DNA from: Burkholderiales bacterium
GTDB lineage: Bacteria > Pseudomonadota > Gammaproteobacteria > Burkholderiales > DATLHW01
Assembly: GCA_035539675.1 (NCBI GenBank)
Contig: DATLHW010000117.1
Location: 1 to 39,084 of the forward strand
Direction: 5' to 3'
Length of the DNA stretch: 39,084 nt
The translations under genes were made by a program, and so were the position numbers. Below are positions 16,924-24,846 of the stretch, piece by piece (positions within the stretch are counted from its first letter, which is position 1; every line of letters starts with the position of its first letter). The notes below the pieces were generated by a model. It was given only the letters and a program-made list of their open reading frames with translations, was not told the DNA's origin and did no database searches.

Positions 16924-17080
16924 TTCCTGGATTCCTTTGCGTCGTTAACGTTTTGTTAACTGCTAGTTTTGCCCGGTTTAAACCAACGGGCATCTGCCGC
17001 ATTCACGTTGGTTGGGGCGACTTCGCCCACTCAATAAAACACCTTCGCCATCACCATCAGAATCGCCACACTTATCTAAT

Positions 17081-18469
17081 TCAAGAGCCTTCTACTGAAC
17101 CACCCTTCTTTCCTTCCGCCGCAGCCAGTTTCGCCTTTACATCTCGGTTTGCTCTATCTGCGGTACCCGGCTTCTTACTGGAGCCCGTGCCCATCGGATT
17201 CTTTGGATCGCCATCTTTCCCGCCAGCCTTAAATCCCGCGCTCCCGCCTTGTCCTCGCGCAGCATTCATCGCTGTACGCGCCATCTGCCCCCCCAATGCC
17301 TTGGCGAAAACACCAGCGGAATTCTGGCCTGTGGCAGCGCCGAGCTTCCGACTGTTCTGCGCAAGCTTGAACGCATGGTAACCAGCCTGCCCTACCGCTG
17401 CTGCTGCCCTACCCGGCATTGCCGCAATACCTCCCGCCGTTTTCATCCCCTGCCCGACACTTTGCGCGGAACTCACCATCGTTCCACCGGAGAAACCGAT
17501 ACCGCCACTCATTAATGCGCTGGCCATTTCAGGCGCTCTAATCGAGAGCAATACCGTCACCACAGCCACACCCATGATTTGAAATAACTCCATGTACTCG
17601 AATACGAATTTATCCCCCATCTCCATCACGAGGTTCGTCGTCATTCCGAGGATGACTAAAATCACCAGTAGCCTGAGCCCAACGGTCAAGGCGTATTTGA
17701 AATACTTGGTGACATACTCGTTTGTCCAGCTAGAACCACCAAAACACAGAAAAATGGCGCCAGCAGCAAGCAAAAGGAAGGCCTCGATACGTAAGCACAG
17801 CAACTGCGCCGCTGCAACGAAATACGCTACGGCGATTACCAATGTCGCGATCAACGCAACGCAAACCTCCCCGAGTTTTCCAAGTACGTCGAAACCTGTA
17901 GGGGCCTTGCTCCAAACAAGCGCAATAATGGCCAGGCCTGTTGCGATGACCCCATCCACCGTCAAAGGAGGCGCGCTCGTCGCATGCTCACCCGCATACT
18001 CGAAACTTTTTACGACTATGGGAATCCATTCCGGACCTTTATCTAACAAAAGAAAGAAAAAACCGATGTACATGAGCTTTTTAATTAAGTCCGCCGTAAA
18101 ACTGCTCATCTCGTCTTTTTCCAATGCCCAGAGGCATGCAGCCCATGCCAATTCAAGTGTCGCTAACAGGAAAAAGGTGTTCTCACCCAACGCCGCCAAC
18201 TTACCGCGCCAATCGTCACCCTTTGCGTTAGCCGCATCGACAAAAGGATCTAGCAAGGTAAAAGAGGGACCAGTTACGCTGCCAATGGTGACGCCAGGGG
18301 CGGCATAAACCACATCAAGTAAAAAGAAGGAGGCAACCGCCAATAGGATGCTCCACATCAAAGAGCGCTCTTTCGAGCCGCTACTTCGCGCTATGGCGTA
18401 TCGCATCGGTGATTGCCCCATTCTCCAGTCCCTTGCCTTGTTACCTGAAGTTTTTGTCGTTTGGCTCAT
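17081..18469 (-). CDS. virB6: VirB6/TrbL (paralog 2, shorter C-terminal tail)
   Basis: 462 aa, polytopic. The N-terminal ~330 aa align clearly with the upstream paralog (AAPGVTIG.VTGPSFTL.DPFV..., LELAWAACLW, LLDKGPEWIPI). The C-terminal module YHAFKLAQNS...KALGGQMAR...NPMGTGSSKKPG..DRANR.VKAKL is shared. Confidence 0.85.
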   Translation of the reverse strand: MSQTTKTSGNKARDWRMGQSPMRYAIARSSGSKERSLMWSILLAVASFFLLDVVYAAPGVTIGSVTGPSFTLLDPFVDAANAKGDDWRGKLAALGENTFFLLATLELAWAACLWALEKDEMSSFTADLIKKLMYIGFFFLLLDKGPEWIPIVVKSFEYAGEHATSAPPLTVDGVIATGLAIIALVWSKAPTGFDVLGKLGEVCVALIATLVIAVAYFVAAAQLLCLRIEAFLLLAAGAIFLCFGGSSWTNEYVTKYFKYALTVGLRLLVILVILGMTTNLVMEMGDKFVFEYMELFQIMGVAVVTVLLSIRAPEMASALMSGGIGFSGGTMVSSAQSVGQGMKTAGGIAAMPGRAAAAVGQAGYHAFKLAQNSRKLGAATGQNSAGVFAKALGGQMARTAMNAARGQGGSAGFKAGGKDGDPKNPMGTGSSKKPGTADRANRDVKAKLAAAEGKKGGSVEGS

Positions 18470-18495
18470 GGTGAACAGTTCGCGTCCTGCAACGA

Positions 18496-20352
18496 CTACT
18501 TATTACCCGAGTCATCGGGTCCGCCGCGGGAGCCTTTACCTAGCGAAGAAGGCGGGAGAGGTCCCCTCCCCGGAGATGGACCAGAACCGCCGCTAGAAGG
18601 AGGGGCAACACTTTTCGCTACGTCTTTCGCTATGCCGCCTCCCGCGAGTTCCGATGCGCCACCCGTTAAGCCTGCCGCCATGACCTTAGTTGCAACTTTA
18701 TCTGCAACTTTATCTGCAACCTTATCTACAACCTTATCTACAACCTTATCCGCGGCCTGTCTTAAGCGCCCGCGAGAACTGCCGGATTCGCCCCCACTAT
18801 CACCTCCGCCCTTCACCGCATCTTTCGCTAAGTTCTGCGCCATATCTTTCCCTGCGCCTTCCTTCACGGCGCTTTGCGCTAAGCCTTCGCCAGATTTTTT
18901 GGAATCTCCCGATCCACCTCCCGATCCACCTCCCGATCCACCTCCCGATCCACCTCCCGATCCACCTCCCGATCCACCTCCCGATCCGCCTTTAGACCCA
19001 CCGCCACTAATCTCGCCGCCTTTTTCAGCTCTTGCCGCTTCAAGCTTCGCCTTGACGAGTCTGTTGGCTCTGTCGATCCCCCCAGGCTTCTGACTAGAGC
19101 CCGTACCCATCGGATTCTTGCTGTTGCCACCGTCCGCATTCTTGTAAGCCCTGAATCCGTGACTTGTATCCTTTCCTCTGGCCACGTTCAGCGCGCTACG
19201 CGCTATCTGCCCCCCCAAAGCTTTGCTAAAGGTTCCCACAGCGCTTCCACCCGTTTCTTTAGCCAGCGCGCTACTATTCTGCGCCAGCTTCATTGCGTGA
19301 TATCCGCCCTGCGCTAAAGCTGCACCTCCCTTAACCGGCATTGCGGCGACAGACATTGCTCCAGTCGCCACACCCGCAGCGCTTTTCGCGGAACTCACGA
19401 AGCTGCCACCCGAGAAACCGATACCGCCTTGCATCAACGCGCTTGCCATCTCAGGCGCCTTAACCGCCATCATCGCGGTCATTATGGCCACCGCCATAAT
19501 CTGGAATAGCTCCTGGAACTCGAATACAAAGGTAGCCGCGACACTGTCAACAAAACCGTAGGTAAGACCTAGGATGAGCAGAAGCACCAACAAACGTACG
19601 CCTACCGTAATCGCGTATGTGAAGTACTTGGTGACGTATTCGTTGGTCCATCGGGAACCGCCAAACGCAAGGAAAATTGCGCCAGCGGCAAGTAGGACAA
19701 AGGACTCTAATCTCAAGGCGAGAAGTTGAGCAGCGGCGATAACATATCCAACAACGACAATAACCGTCACCAGAATCGCCACGAGTATTTCAGGAATATT
19801 AGCGAAGACATCACCGATGTCCCAACCGCTGGTTTCATCCCAAATGAGCTTAACTATCGCGAAACTTGTCGCGATGACGCTATCCACAGTGAGTGGAGGA
19901 GCGCCTGTCGCCTCCGTCCCAGCATACTCGAAGCTATCGACGATGATTGGAATCCATTCCGGTCCTTTATCCAGCAACATATAAAAGAAACCGATAAACA
20001 TCATTTTCTGAATTAGCTCAGCGGTAAAACTGCTCATGTTGTCTTTTTCTATTACCCACAAACATGCCGCCCAAGCCAGTTCGATAGTGGCCAATATAAA
20101 GAATGTATCTCGACCCAAATCCGCAATCTTGCCGCGAAAGGTATCGCCTTGACCTTTAGCGATAGTTACAAACGGATCGAACAATGTGAACGAGGGTCCC
20201 GTCACGTCCCCAATAGTCACTCCAGGAGCAGCATAAGCAAAATTCACGAACAGAAAGTAGGACGCCAATGCTAGGAGCGTATTCCACCACGCGCCACCAT
20301 ATGACCACGTGGGCCTTTTTGCAGTTGAGTAATGCTTTGACATTGACGCCAT
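18496..20352 (-). CDS. virB6: VirB6/TrbL (paralog 1) with a long Gly/Ser-rich low-complexity C-terminal extension
   Basis: 618 aa. ATG preceded by GAGGAA, and the start overlaps the virB4 stop region. A TrbL-like polytopic N-terminal half is followed by (GGSG)n, (DKV[VA])n and Pro/Gly/Ser-rich tail segments. Confidence 0.85.
   Translation of the reverse strand: MASMSKHYSTAKRPTWSYGGAWWNTLLALASYFLFVNFAYAAPGVTIGDVTGPSFTLFDPFVTIAKGQGDTFRGKIADLGRDTFFILATIELAWAACLWVIEKDNMSSFTAELIQKMMFIGFFYMLLDKGPEWIPIIVDSFEYAGTEATGAPPLTVDSVIATSFAIVKLIWDETSGWDIGDVFANIPEILVAILVTVIVVVGYVIAAAQLLALRLESFVLLAAGAIFLAFGGSRWTNEYVTKYFTYAITVGVRLLVLLLILGLTYGFVDSVAATFVFEFQELFQIMAVAIMTAMMAVKAPEMASALMQGGIGFSGGSFVSSAKSAAGVATGAMSVAAMPVKGGAALAQGGYHAMKLAQNSSALAKETGGSAVGTFSKALGGQIARSALNVARGKDTSHGFRAYKNADGGNSKNPMGTGSSQKPGGIDRANRLVKAKLEAARAEKGGEISGGGSKGGSGGGSGGGSGGGSGGGSGGGSGGGSGDSKKSGEGLAQSAVKEGAGKDMAQNLAKDAVKGGGDSGGESGSSRGRLRQAADKVVDKVVDKVADKVADKVATKVMAAGLTGGASELAGGGIAKDVAKSVAPPSSGGSGPSPGRGPLPPSSLGKGSRGGPDDSGNK
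18694..18753. repeat. In-frame 12-bp tandem repeat (5 units) inside virB6 paralog 1
   Basis: AACTTTATCTGC x2, AACCTTATCTAC x2, AACCTTATCCGC x1. On the minus strand these encode the DKVVDKVVDKVADKVADKV tract. Confidence 0.9.
18906..18989. repeat. In-frame 12-bp tandem repeat (7 units) inside virB6 paralog 1
   Basis: CTCCCGATCCAC x6 plus CTCCCGATCCGC x1. On the minus strand these encode (GGSG)n. Confidence 0.9.
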
Positions 20353-20355
20353 ATC

Positions 20356-22827
20356 CTATTCCTCTACTTCATGTGCTGGTTCCAATCCTAGCCATCTGTC
20401 CGCCCAACCGTTAAGCCCCCGATGTCTCAACCAGTAGGCGGGCCATTCGACTCCATGCTCTTTCATAAGCTTCCGCGCAGTACGAAGGTCTTCCTGTCCA
20501 CTGGCGCCAACAAATGAAAGCACCAACGGTCCGAACCCATAAGAGAAGAGTCGACGCCCAAGCGGGGATTTGTAGTAGTACTGTCGTTTGACCTGCGCAT
20601 GCGCAAGAATTTCGACTTCCCTATCATTCAGCCCGATCGCGTCATACATTCCTCTAGACGATGGATCTTGCGCTTCCGGATTAGGTAGCAAAATTTTGGT
20701 CGGACAGCTCGCCAAAATTACATCGCGAATTGGGCTTGCCATCACATCGGCAAGCTCCTGCGTCGCCATAAGTACAGCGCCGTTTTTCTTCCGCCACGTT
20801 TTAAGCCATTCCCGAACTTTTTCTCGGAACAATGGATGAGAAAGCATGAGCCAGCACTCGTCTAACGGCACCAATGTCGGTCGCCCATCGAGCCGCTTCT
20901 CAACTTGTCGGAAAAGATATAAAAGCACGGGCACAACGTTCTTCTCGCCCAGGTTCATCAAGTGCTCCATTTCGAACACCTGAAAGTTTCCGTCCCGCAA
21001 GCTATCTTCCTCGGCGTCTAATAAGCTGCCCATTGGACCGGCAAGCGTGTAGTGCAATAGAGCTTGACGCAATTCTTCATCTTGCAATTCGGAAACGAAT
21101 TCAGTTAGCGTCCGTCTTGGCGAATGGGTAAGCCGCATAATGGCCTCATACACCATTTGACGTAGCGCCGGGGTAACCGTCATGCCTTGCAGCGTCAACA
21201 TGACTTCAATCCATTCAGCGGCCCACGCCTGATCCTCTTGCGTATCAATGTTCTTCAGCGGACAAAACGCCAGCTCGCTATTTTCACCTCCTATGTCGTA
21301 ATAGTTACCGCCGCACGCGTTACAAAGGATAAGCGAGGAATAGCCTTTATCGAATGCAAACACCTGTGCGTTAGGGTATCGGAAGTGTTGCGCCATCATG
21401 AATGTAAGCGCGGTCGACTTACCGCCACCGGTCTTACCAATCATCAAGGTATGACCAACGTCTCCAACGTGCAGGCTGAAACGAAACGGCGCCGACCCCG
21501 TAGTCGCGGCATACAAGAGCGGTGGACTATTCGGCGGATAAAAAGGGCAAGGGTTGTGTTCAAGTCCAGACCATACTGCGGTAATCGGCAGCATGTCTGC
21601 CAGGTTTAACGTGTGCAAGATCGGCCGTCGGATATTGGGATATCCGTGGGCTGGAATAGTGCCAAGAAATGCTTCAACCGCGTTAATGTCCTCGATCCGC
21701 GCCCCGAAGCCATAATTAAGAATTTGTTTGCGCGTTTCCTGCGCGAGTTCGGAGAGCCTCTTCGGATCCTCGCTCATTAGAACGATGCACGCGGTGTAGT
21801 AACCGAACTTTACTTGGTTACTCTCCGCCTCCCCCATCGCTTGCTCTACGTCCTGGGTCATTTGCAGAGCATCGAGATCGACAGCGCCAGTAGAGGTGTT
21901 GAAGAATTGATCTTTGAAGCCTCGCTGCTTCTGTTGCCAGCGTCGGCGAACGCCGGTTAGCACGGACCGCGCTTGGTGCGCATCGAGAAAGATGAAACGA
22001 GTTGACCAGCGATACTCAAAATGAAGCTCATCGAGTATGTGGAGGATTCCAGGATAGCTGTCCGCTGGAAAGCCATCGATCGCGACAACTTTGATAAATT
22101 TTTCTCCTACCTTCGGGGCAATGCCGCCGAGGAATGGATGTGCTCCTATAACCGCATCGAGATACATAGGTATCGAAGGCAGTTTCACGGGGCGCAAGAT
22201 TCCACTCACACAAAACTCTAGATACTGTAATAATTCATCCAATACGTAGGGTCGGCCGAACTCGTCTTCCCCCTTGATGGTGCGCATTCGCTTCATTGGA
22301 AAAGTGATACCGAGAACCGACTCCATATCGCTAATCTGGCGTCTGAATGTCTCAAGAATTCGGTTTGCGAGTCCTTCCGCCGATTTGTCGCGGTGTTCGT
22401 CGTCGTAGATAAAATCCGCCATTTTTCCCGCGGCGCGGAAAGGGGGAAGGTAGGTAAGCGTTAATGCGTAAACAGTTTCAAATTGCGTGCCTTCCGACTC
22501 GTACTGCTCCCGGCGCTCCATATCCATTAACCAGGACGTTCGATCCGGAAAAGCGCCTTCGTCGGGATACGTGGTCGATACTCTTCGCATCGCGTCACAA
22601 TTGAGCAACCATCCACTACCCAAGTTTAAAAGCATCTGATTCAGTCGCGCCGAGATCCCTGCGAGTTCGAGATGCGTGGAACTTGCCATATCGTCGCCAC
22701 GAAAATACCAAGCCGCAGTCAGGCTACCATCCTTATTCAATAAGATGCCGTCATCCACCATCATCCCGAAGTTCAGCAGATCCGGCAGCCCTCTCGCTCG
22801 GTCGCGAAACTGTTTGAGCTTGATCAT
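20356..22827 (-). CDS. virB4: VirB4/TrbE ATPase
   Basis: 823 aa. Walker A MIGKTGGGKST, Walker B region TLVPLDECW, and the typical VirB4/CagE layout. Confidence 0.95.
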   Translation of the reverse strand: MIKLKQFRDRARGLPDLLNFGMMVDDGILLNKDGSLTAAWYFRGDDMASSTHLELAGISARLNQMLLNLGSGWLLNCDAMRRVSTTYPDEGAFPDRTSWLMDMERREQYESEGTQFETVYALTLTYLPPFRAAGKMADFIYDDEHRDKSAEGLANRILETFRRQISDMESVLGITFPMKRMRTIKGEDEFGRPYVLDELLQYLEFCVSGILRPVKLPSIPMYLDAVIGAHPFLGGIAPKVGEKFIKVVAIDGFPADSYPGILHILDELHFEYRWSTRFIFLDAHQARSVLTGVRRRWQQKQRGFKDQFFNTSTGAVDLDALQMTQDVEQAMGEAESNQVKFGYYTACIVLMSEDPKRLSELAQETRKQILNYGFGARIEDINAVEAFLGTIPAHGYPNIRRPILHTLNLADMLPITAVWSGLEHNPCPFYPPNSPPLLYAATTGSAPFRFSLHVGDVGHTLMIGKTGGGKSTALTFMMAQHFRYPNAQVFAFDKGYSSLILCNACGGNYYDIGGENSELAFCPLKNIDTQEDQAWAAEWIEVMLTLQGMTVTPALRQMVYEAIMRLTHSPRRTLTEFVSELQDEELRQALLHYTLAGPMGSLLDAEEDSLRDGNFQVFEMEHLMNLGEKNVVPVLLYLFRQVEKRLDGRPTLVPLDECWLMLSHPLFREKVREWLKTWRKKNGAVLMATQELADVMASPIRDVILASCPTKILLPNPEAQDPSSRGMYDAIGLNDREVEILAHAQVKRQYYYKSPLGRRLFSYGFGPLVLSFVGASGQEDLRTARKLMKEHGVEWPAYWLRHRGLNGWADRWLGLEPAHEVEE

Positions 22828-22831
22828 GTGA

Positions 22832-23152
22832 CTACCCCTTCGTCGTTGGCCTCGGTAGCGGAGCTAGCTGCGCATGAACGCAACCCTTCGCGCTGTAGTA
22901 CGCACGATAGCGAATGTGTCGTTGATAAATTTTTGACATCATCGTATCGGCTTTAGCCATCTGCGTTAGCGACCAGAATGATGCGCTCCAGAACACGAAC
23001 GCCAGAAGCAACGATAGCGGTCGAAACTTCGCACTGAAAATAATGATCGCCGCGACCAATACAGCAAACAGTAGCAGGCCCCGTTCCGCCCCCATCAGAA
23101 GCTGGGGGCGGTTCAGCGATCGGTGGATAGGCATGAATCGTGGCTCATCCAT
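22832..23152 (-). CDS. virB3: VirB3/TrbD
   Basis: 106 aa. MDEPRFMPIHRSLNRPQLLMGAERGLLLFAVLVAAIIIF plus a second TM segment. AAGGAGG lies 6 nt upstream of the ATG. Confidence 0.9.
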   Translation of the reverse strand: MDEPRFMPIHRSLNRPQLLMGAERGLLLFAVLVAAIIIFSAKFRPLSLLLAFVFWSASFWSLTQMAKADTMMSKIYQRHIRYRAYYSAKGCVHAQLAPLPRPTTKG

Positions 23153-23165
23153 GAAACGCCTCCTT

Positions 23166-23207
23166 TTTTGCTAAAGCCAAGTCGTCTTTTGCTAAAGCCC
23201 AGTCGTC
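23166..23207. repeat. 21-bp tandem duplication in the virB2-virB3 spacer
   Basis: TTTTGCTAAAGCCAAGTCGTC (23166-23186) and TTTTGCTAAAGCCCAGTCGTC (23187-23207), 20/21 identical. They lie immediately upstream, on the minus strand, of the virB3 Shine-Dalgarno sequence. Confidence 0.85.
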
Positions 23208-23238
23208 ATTCGCTGCTAGGCTCAATCAACTTCATCAA

Positions 23239-23523
23239 TTAAAAGAGATCGATGAATGACTGCGCCAACAACAGAACGGCCAAGGCTAGTACGATCGTAC
23301 AAATACGCTTCGCGAATTCCGAAAGTTCTCCACCGAACGCCAGCATGGCGCCGGCAACCGCTAATGCAATCACGCCAATCGCCCGTGCGACGTTTCCAGT
23401 CAATGACGTTTTAATCTGATTCAGCGGTCCTTCCCACGGCATTGCAAAAGCCGGTTCGCATAAAAACAAAAGTCCGATAAATAGGACAAACGCTCCTGCG
23501 TTTAATTTGTTGGTTATCTTCAT
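23239..23523 (-). CDS. virB2: VirB2/TrbC pilin
   Basis: The ORF track starts at 23586. The ATG at 23523 follows AGGGAGGAAAAACACC and gives MKITNKLNAGAFVLFIGLLFLCEPAFA|MPWEGPLNQIKTSLTGNVARAIGVIALAVAGAMLAFGG, a typical TrbC/VirB2 leader and core. Confidence 0.85.
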   Translation of the reverse strand: MKITNKLNAGAFVLFIGLLFLCEPAFAMPWEGPLNQIKTSLTGNVARAIGVIALAVAGAMLAFGGELSEFAKRICTIVLALAVLLLAQSFIDLF

Positions 23524-23582
23524 GGTGTTTTTCCTCCCTAAAAAGTTGAAATACGCTACGTGAAAAAGTTGAAACGTGTGAA

Positions 23583-24635
23583 TCAATGCCTTATTACTGG
23601 TTTAAGAATGAAGCTTCCCCCTTTGTAACCCTGAACTAACATCATCTCGCTAACTCGCCGGCCAGGGCTTTCGCCGATACGTTCAATGAACAGAATTAAG
23701 TTGATGGCTTCCGCGATCATTGCGCCAATGGCGTCATCCGATAAGTTTCGAGCTTCAGGCGCCTCATAGATAAGTTGCCTAACGCGGGTAAGTCCGGCCT
23801 CTGCGGAGTTTGCGTGAACTGTGGCGCATCCGCCTGGATGACCGGTGTTCCAGCTCTTTAGTAAAGTCAGCGCCTCGCCGCCGCGAACCTCACCCACGAC
23901 AATACGATCAGGGCGCAGACGCATGGTCGCGCGTAACAGTCTTTGCATATTTGTGTGTTCATTCGCGCGCAGCAAAACACTATTCGCAAGGGAAATCTGT
24001 AACTCGACCGTGTCTTCAATCGCGACCAGCCGATCATCAGGACATAATTTCGCTATCTCCGCGAGCACTGCATTCACCAATGTGGTCTTACCACTACCGG
24101 TTCCGCCAACCACGAGGATGTTGTTACGATTGCGGACCCCTTGACGAATTACGTCAACAGGATGGGACATGTTTTCAAATCCTGCATGGCTGTCCCCGTG
24201 TCCGATCGCATACCCTGTCATCGCCGGCGTGATAATTCCCGCTTTGACATAATCATCCAGCGTGAAAATGTTGATCGCCTTTTTACGAATCGCGAATACC
24301 GGTCTGCGTACGATAGGATGAATAAGTCCTTCGAGACGCGATCCATCCAGAGGAAATTCGCCTTCTAGGATGGGATTTTCATAAGTGATGGTCGTATTGA
24401 GCATGCTGGCGCAAGTGGCCAACATGCTTTCCGCCGATGAAGCGCTCATATCGAAACCGCTGTACTTCATTCCTTCCCCTAAAACATCCAACCATACCTT
24501 TCCGTCCTGGTTGAGCATGACCTCGATTACCTTGGGATTGTTTAAAGCGGTCACCATTTCGTGTCCGCATTCCCGTGAAAGCTTTTCCTCAAGACGTTTT
24601 CGCAAGACTTCTGTTTGACTATTCGTCGTGCTCAT
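23583..24635 (-). CDS. virB11: VirB11/TrbB ATPase
   Basis: 350 aa. Walker A VVGGTGSGKTT, Asp and His boxes (RPDRIVVGEVRG, GHPGGCATVHAN). First gene of the operon, as trbB is in Trb-type loci. Confidence 0.95.
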   Translation of the reverse strand: MSTTNSQTEVLRKRLEEKLSRECGHEMVTALNNPKVIEVMLNQDGKVWLDVLGEGMKYSGFDMSASSAESMLATCASMLNTTITYENPILEGEFPLDGSRLEGLIHPIVRRPVFAIRKKAINIFTLDDYVKAGIITPAMTGYAIGHGDSHAGFENMSHPVDVIRQGVRNRNNILVVGGTGSGKTTLVNAVLAEIAKLCPDDRLVAIEDTVELQISLANSVLLRANEHTNMQRLLRATMRLRPDRIVVGEVRGGEALTLLKSWNTGHPGGCATVHANSAEAGLTRVRQLIYEAPEARNLSDDAIGAMIAEAINLILFIERIGESPGRRVSEMMLVQGYKGGSFILKPVIRH

Positions 24636-24748
24636 CAGGCGTCCACCAATTTTGGAGTTGGAATAAAGGCGCTTCTTTAGTTCTTAAATTTTTCGCTAAG
24701 CTCCATGAATTCCGCGTGTTGTGCGAATCATGGTGACGTTTACCTTAG

Positions 24749-24764
24749 AGCACGACCCGTGCCA
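24749..24764 (-). promoter_or_regulatory. Putative sigma-54 (-24/-12) promoter of the T4SS operon
   Basis: The minus strand reads TGGCACGGGTCGTGCT (consensus TGGCACG-N4-TTGCW, GG-N10-GC spacing, a single G-for-T mismatch in the -12 box). It lies about 115 nt upstream of the virB11 ATG. Confidence 0.6.
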
Positions 24765-24846
24765 TCGCCCGCAAAACAAGTAAGTTGTTGTTTTAAATAA
24801 ATGCAGATGCACTCTTTCGGCTCGGCAGTCGATATGCGCTTGCAGG

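Noticed and set aside
17592-18308. 238-aa plus-strand ORF opposite virB6 paralog 2, and similar antisense ORFs in virB4, virD4, the kinase and the spermidine-synthase-like gene (for example 29455-30183 and 21187-21609)
   Set aside because: They are antisense to well-supported CDSs, with no RBS or family resemblance.
18906-18989. Regularly spaced short repeats that could superficially suggest a CRISPR array
   Set aside because: The units are 12 bp, directly abutting with no spacers, in frame inside a CDS, and no cas genes are nearby. This is a coding tandem repeat, not a CRISPR array.
18461-19093. 210-aa plus-strand ORF with a striking (PPDP)n / Pro-rich repeat, together with the 18690-18995 and 18879-19139 ORFs
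   Set aside because: These are antisense or off-frame readings of the 12-bp tandem repeats inside virB6 paralog 1. The minus-strand frame encoding (GGSG)n is continuous with a recognisable TrbL/VirB6 protein, whereas these ORFs have no RBS or homology.
21649-21664. Sigma-54-like hit on the minus strand (TGGCACTATTCCAGCC) inside virB4
   Set aside because: The GG-N10-GC spacing is right, but the -12 box lacks the conserved TTGC/TGC context and the site is deep inside a CDS with no upstream palindromes.
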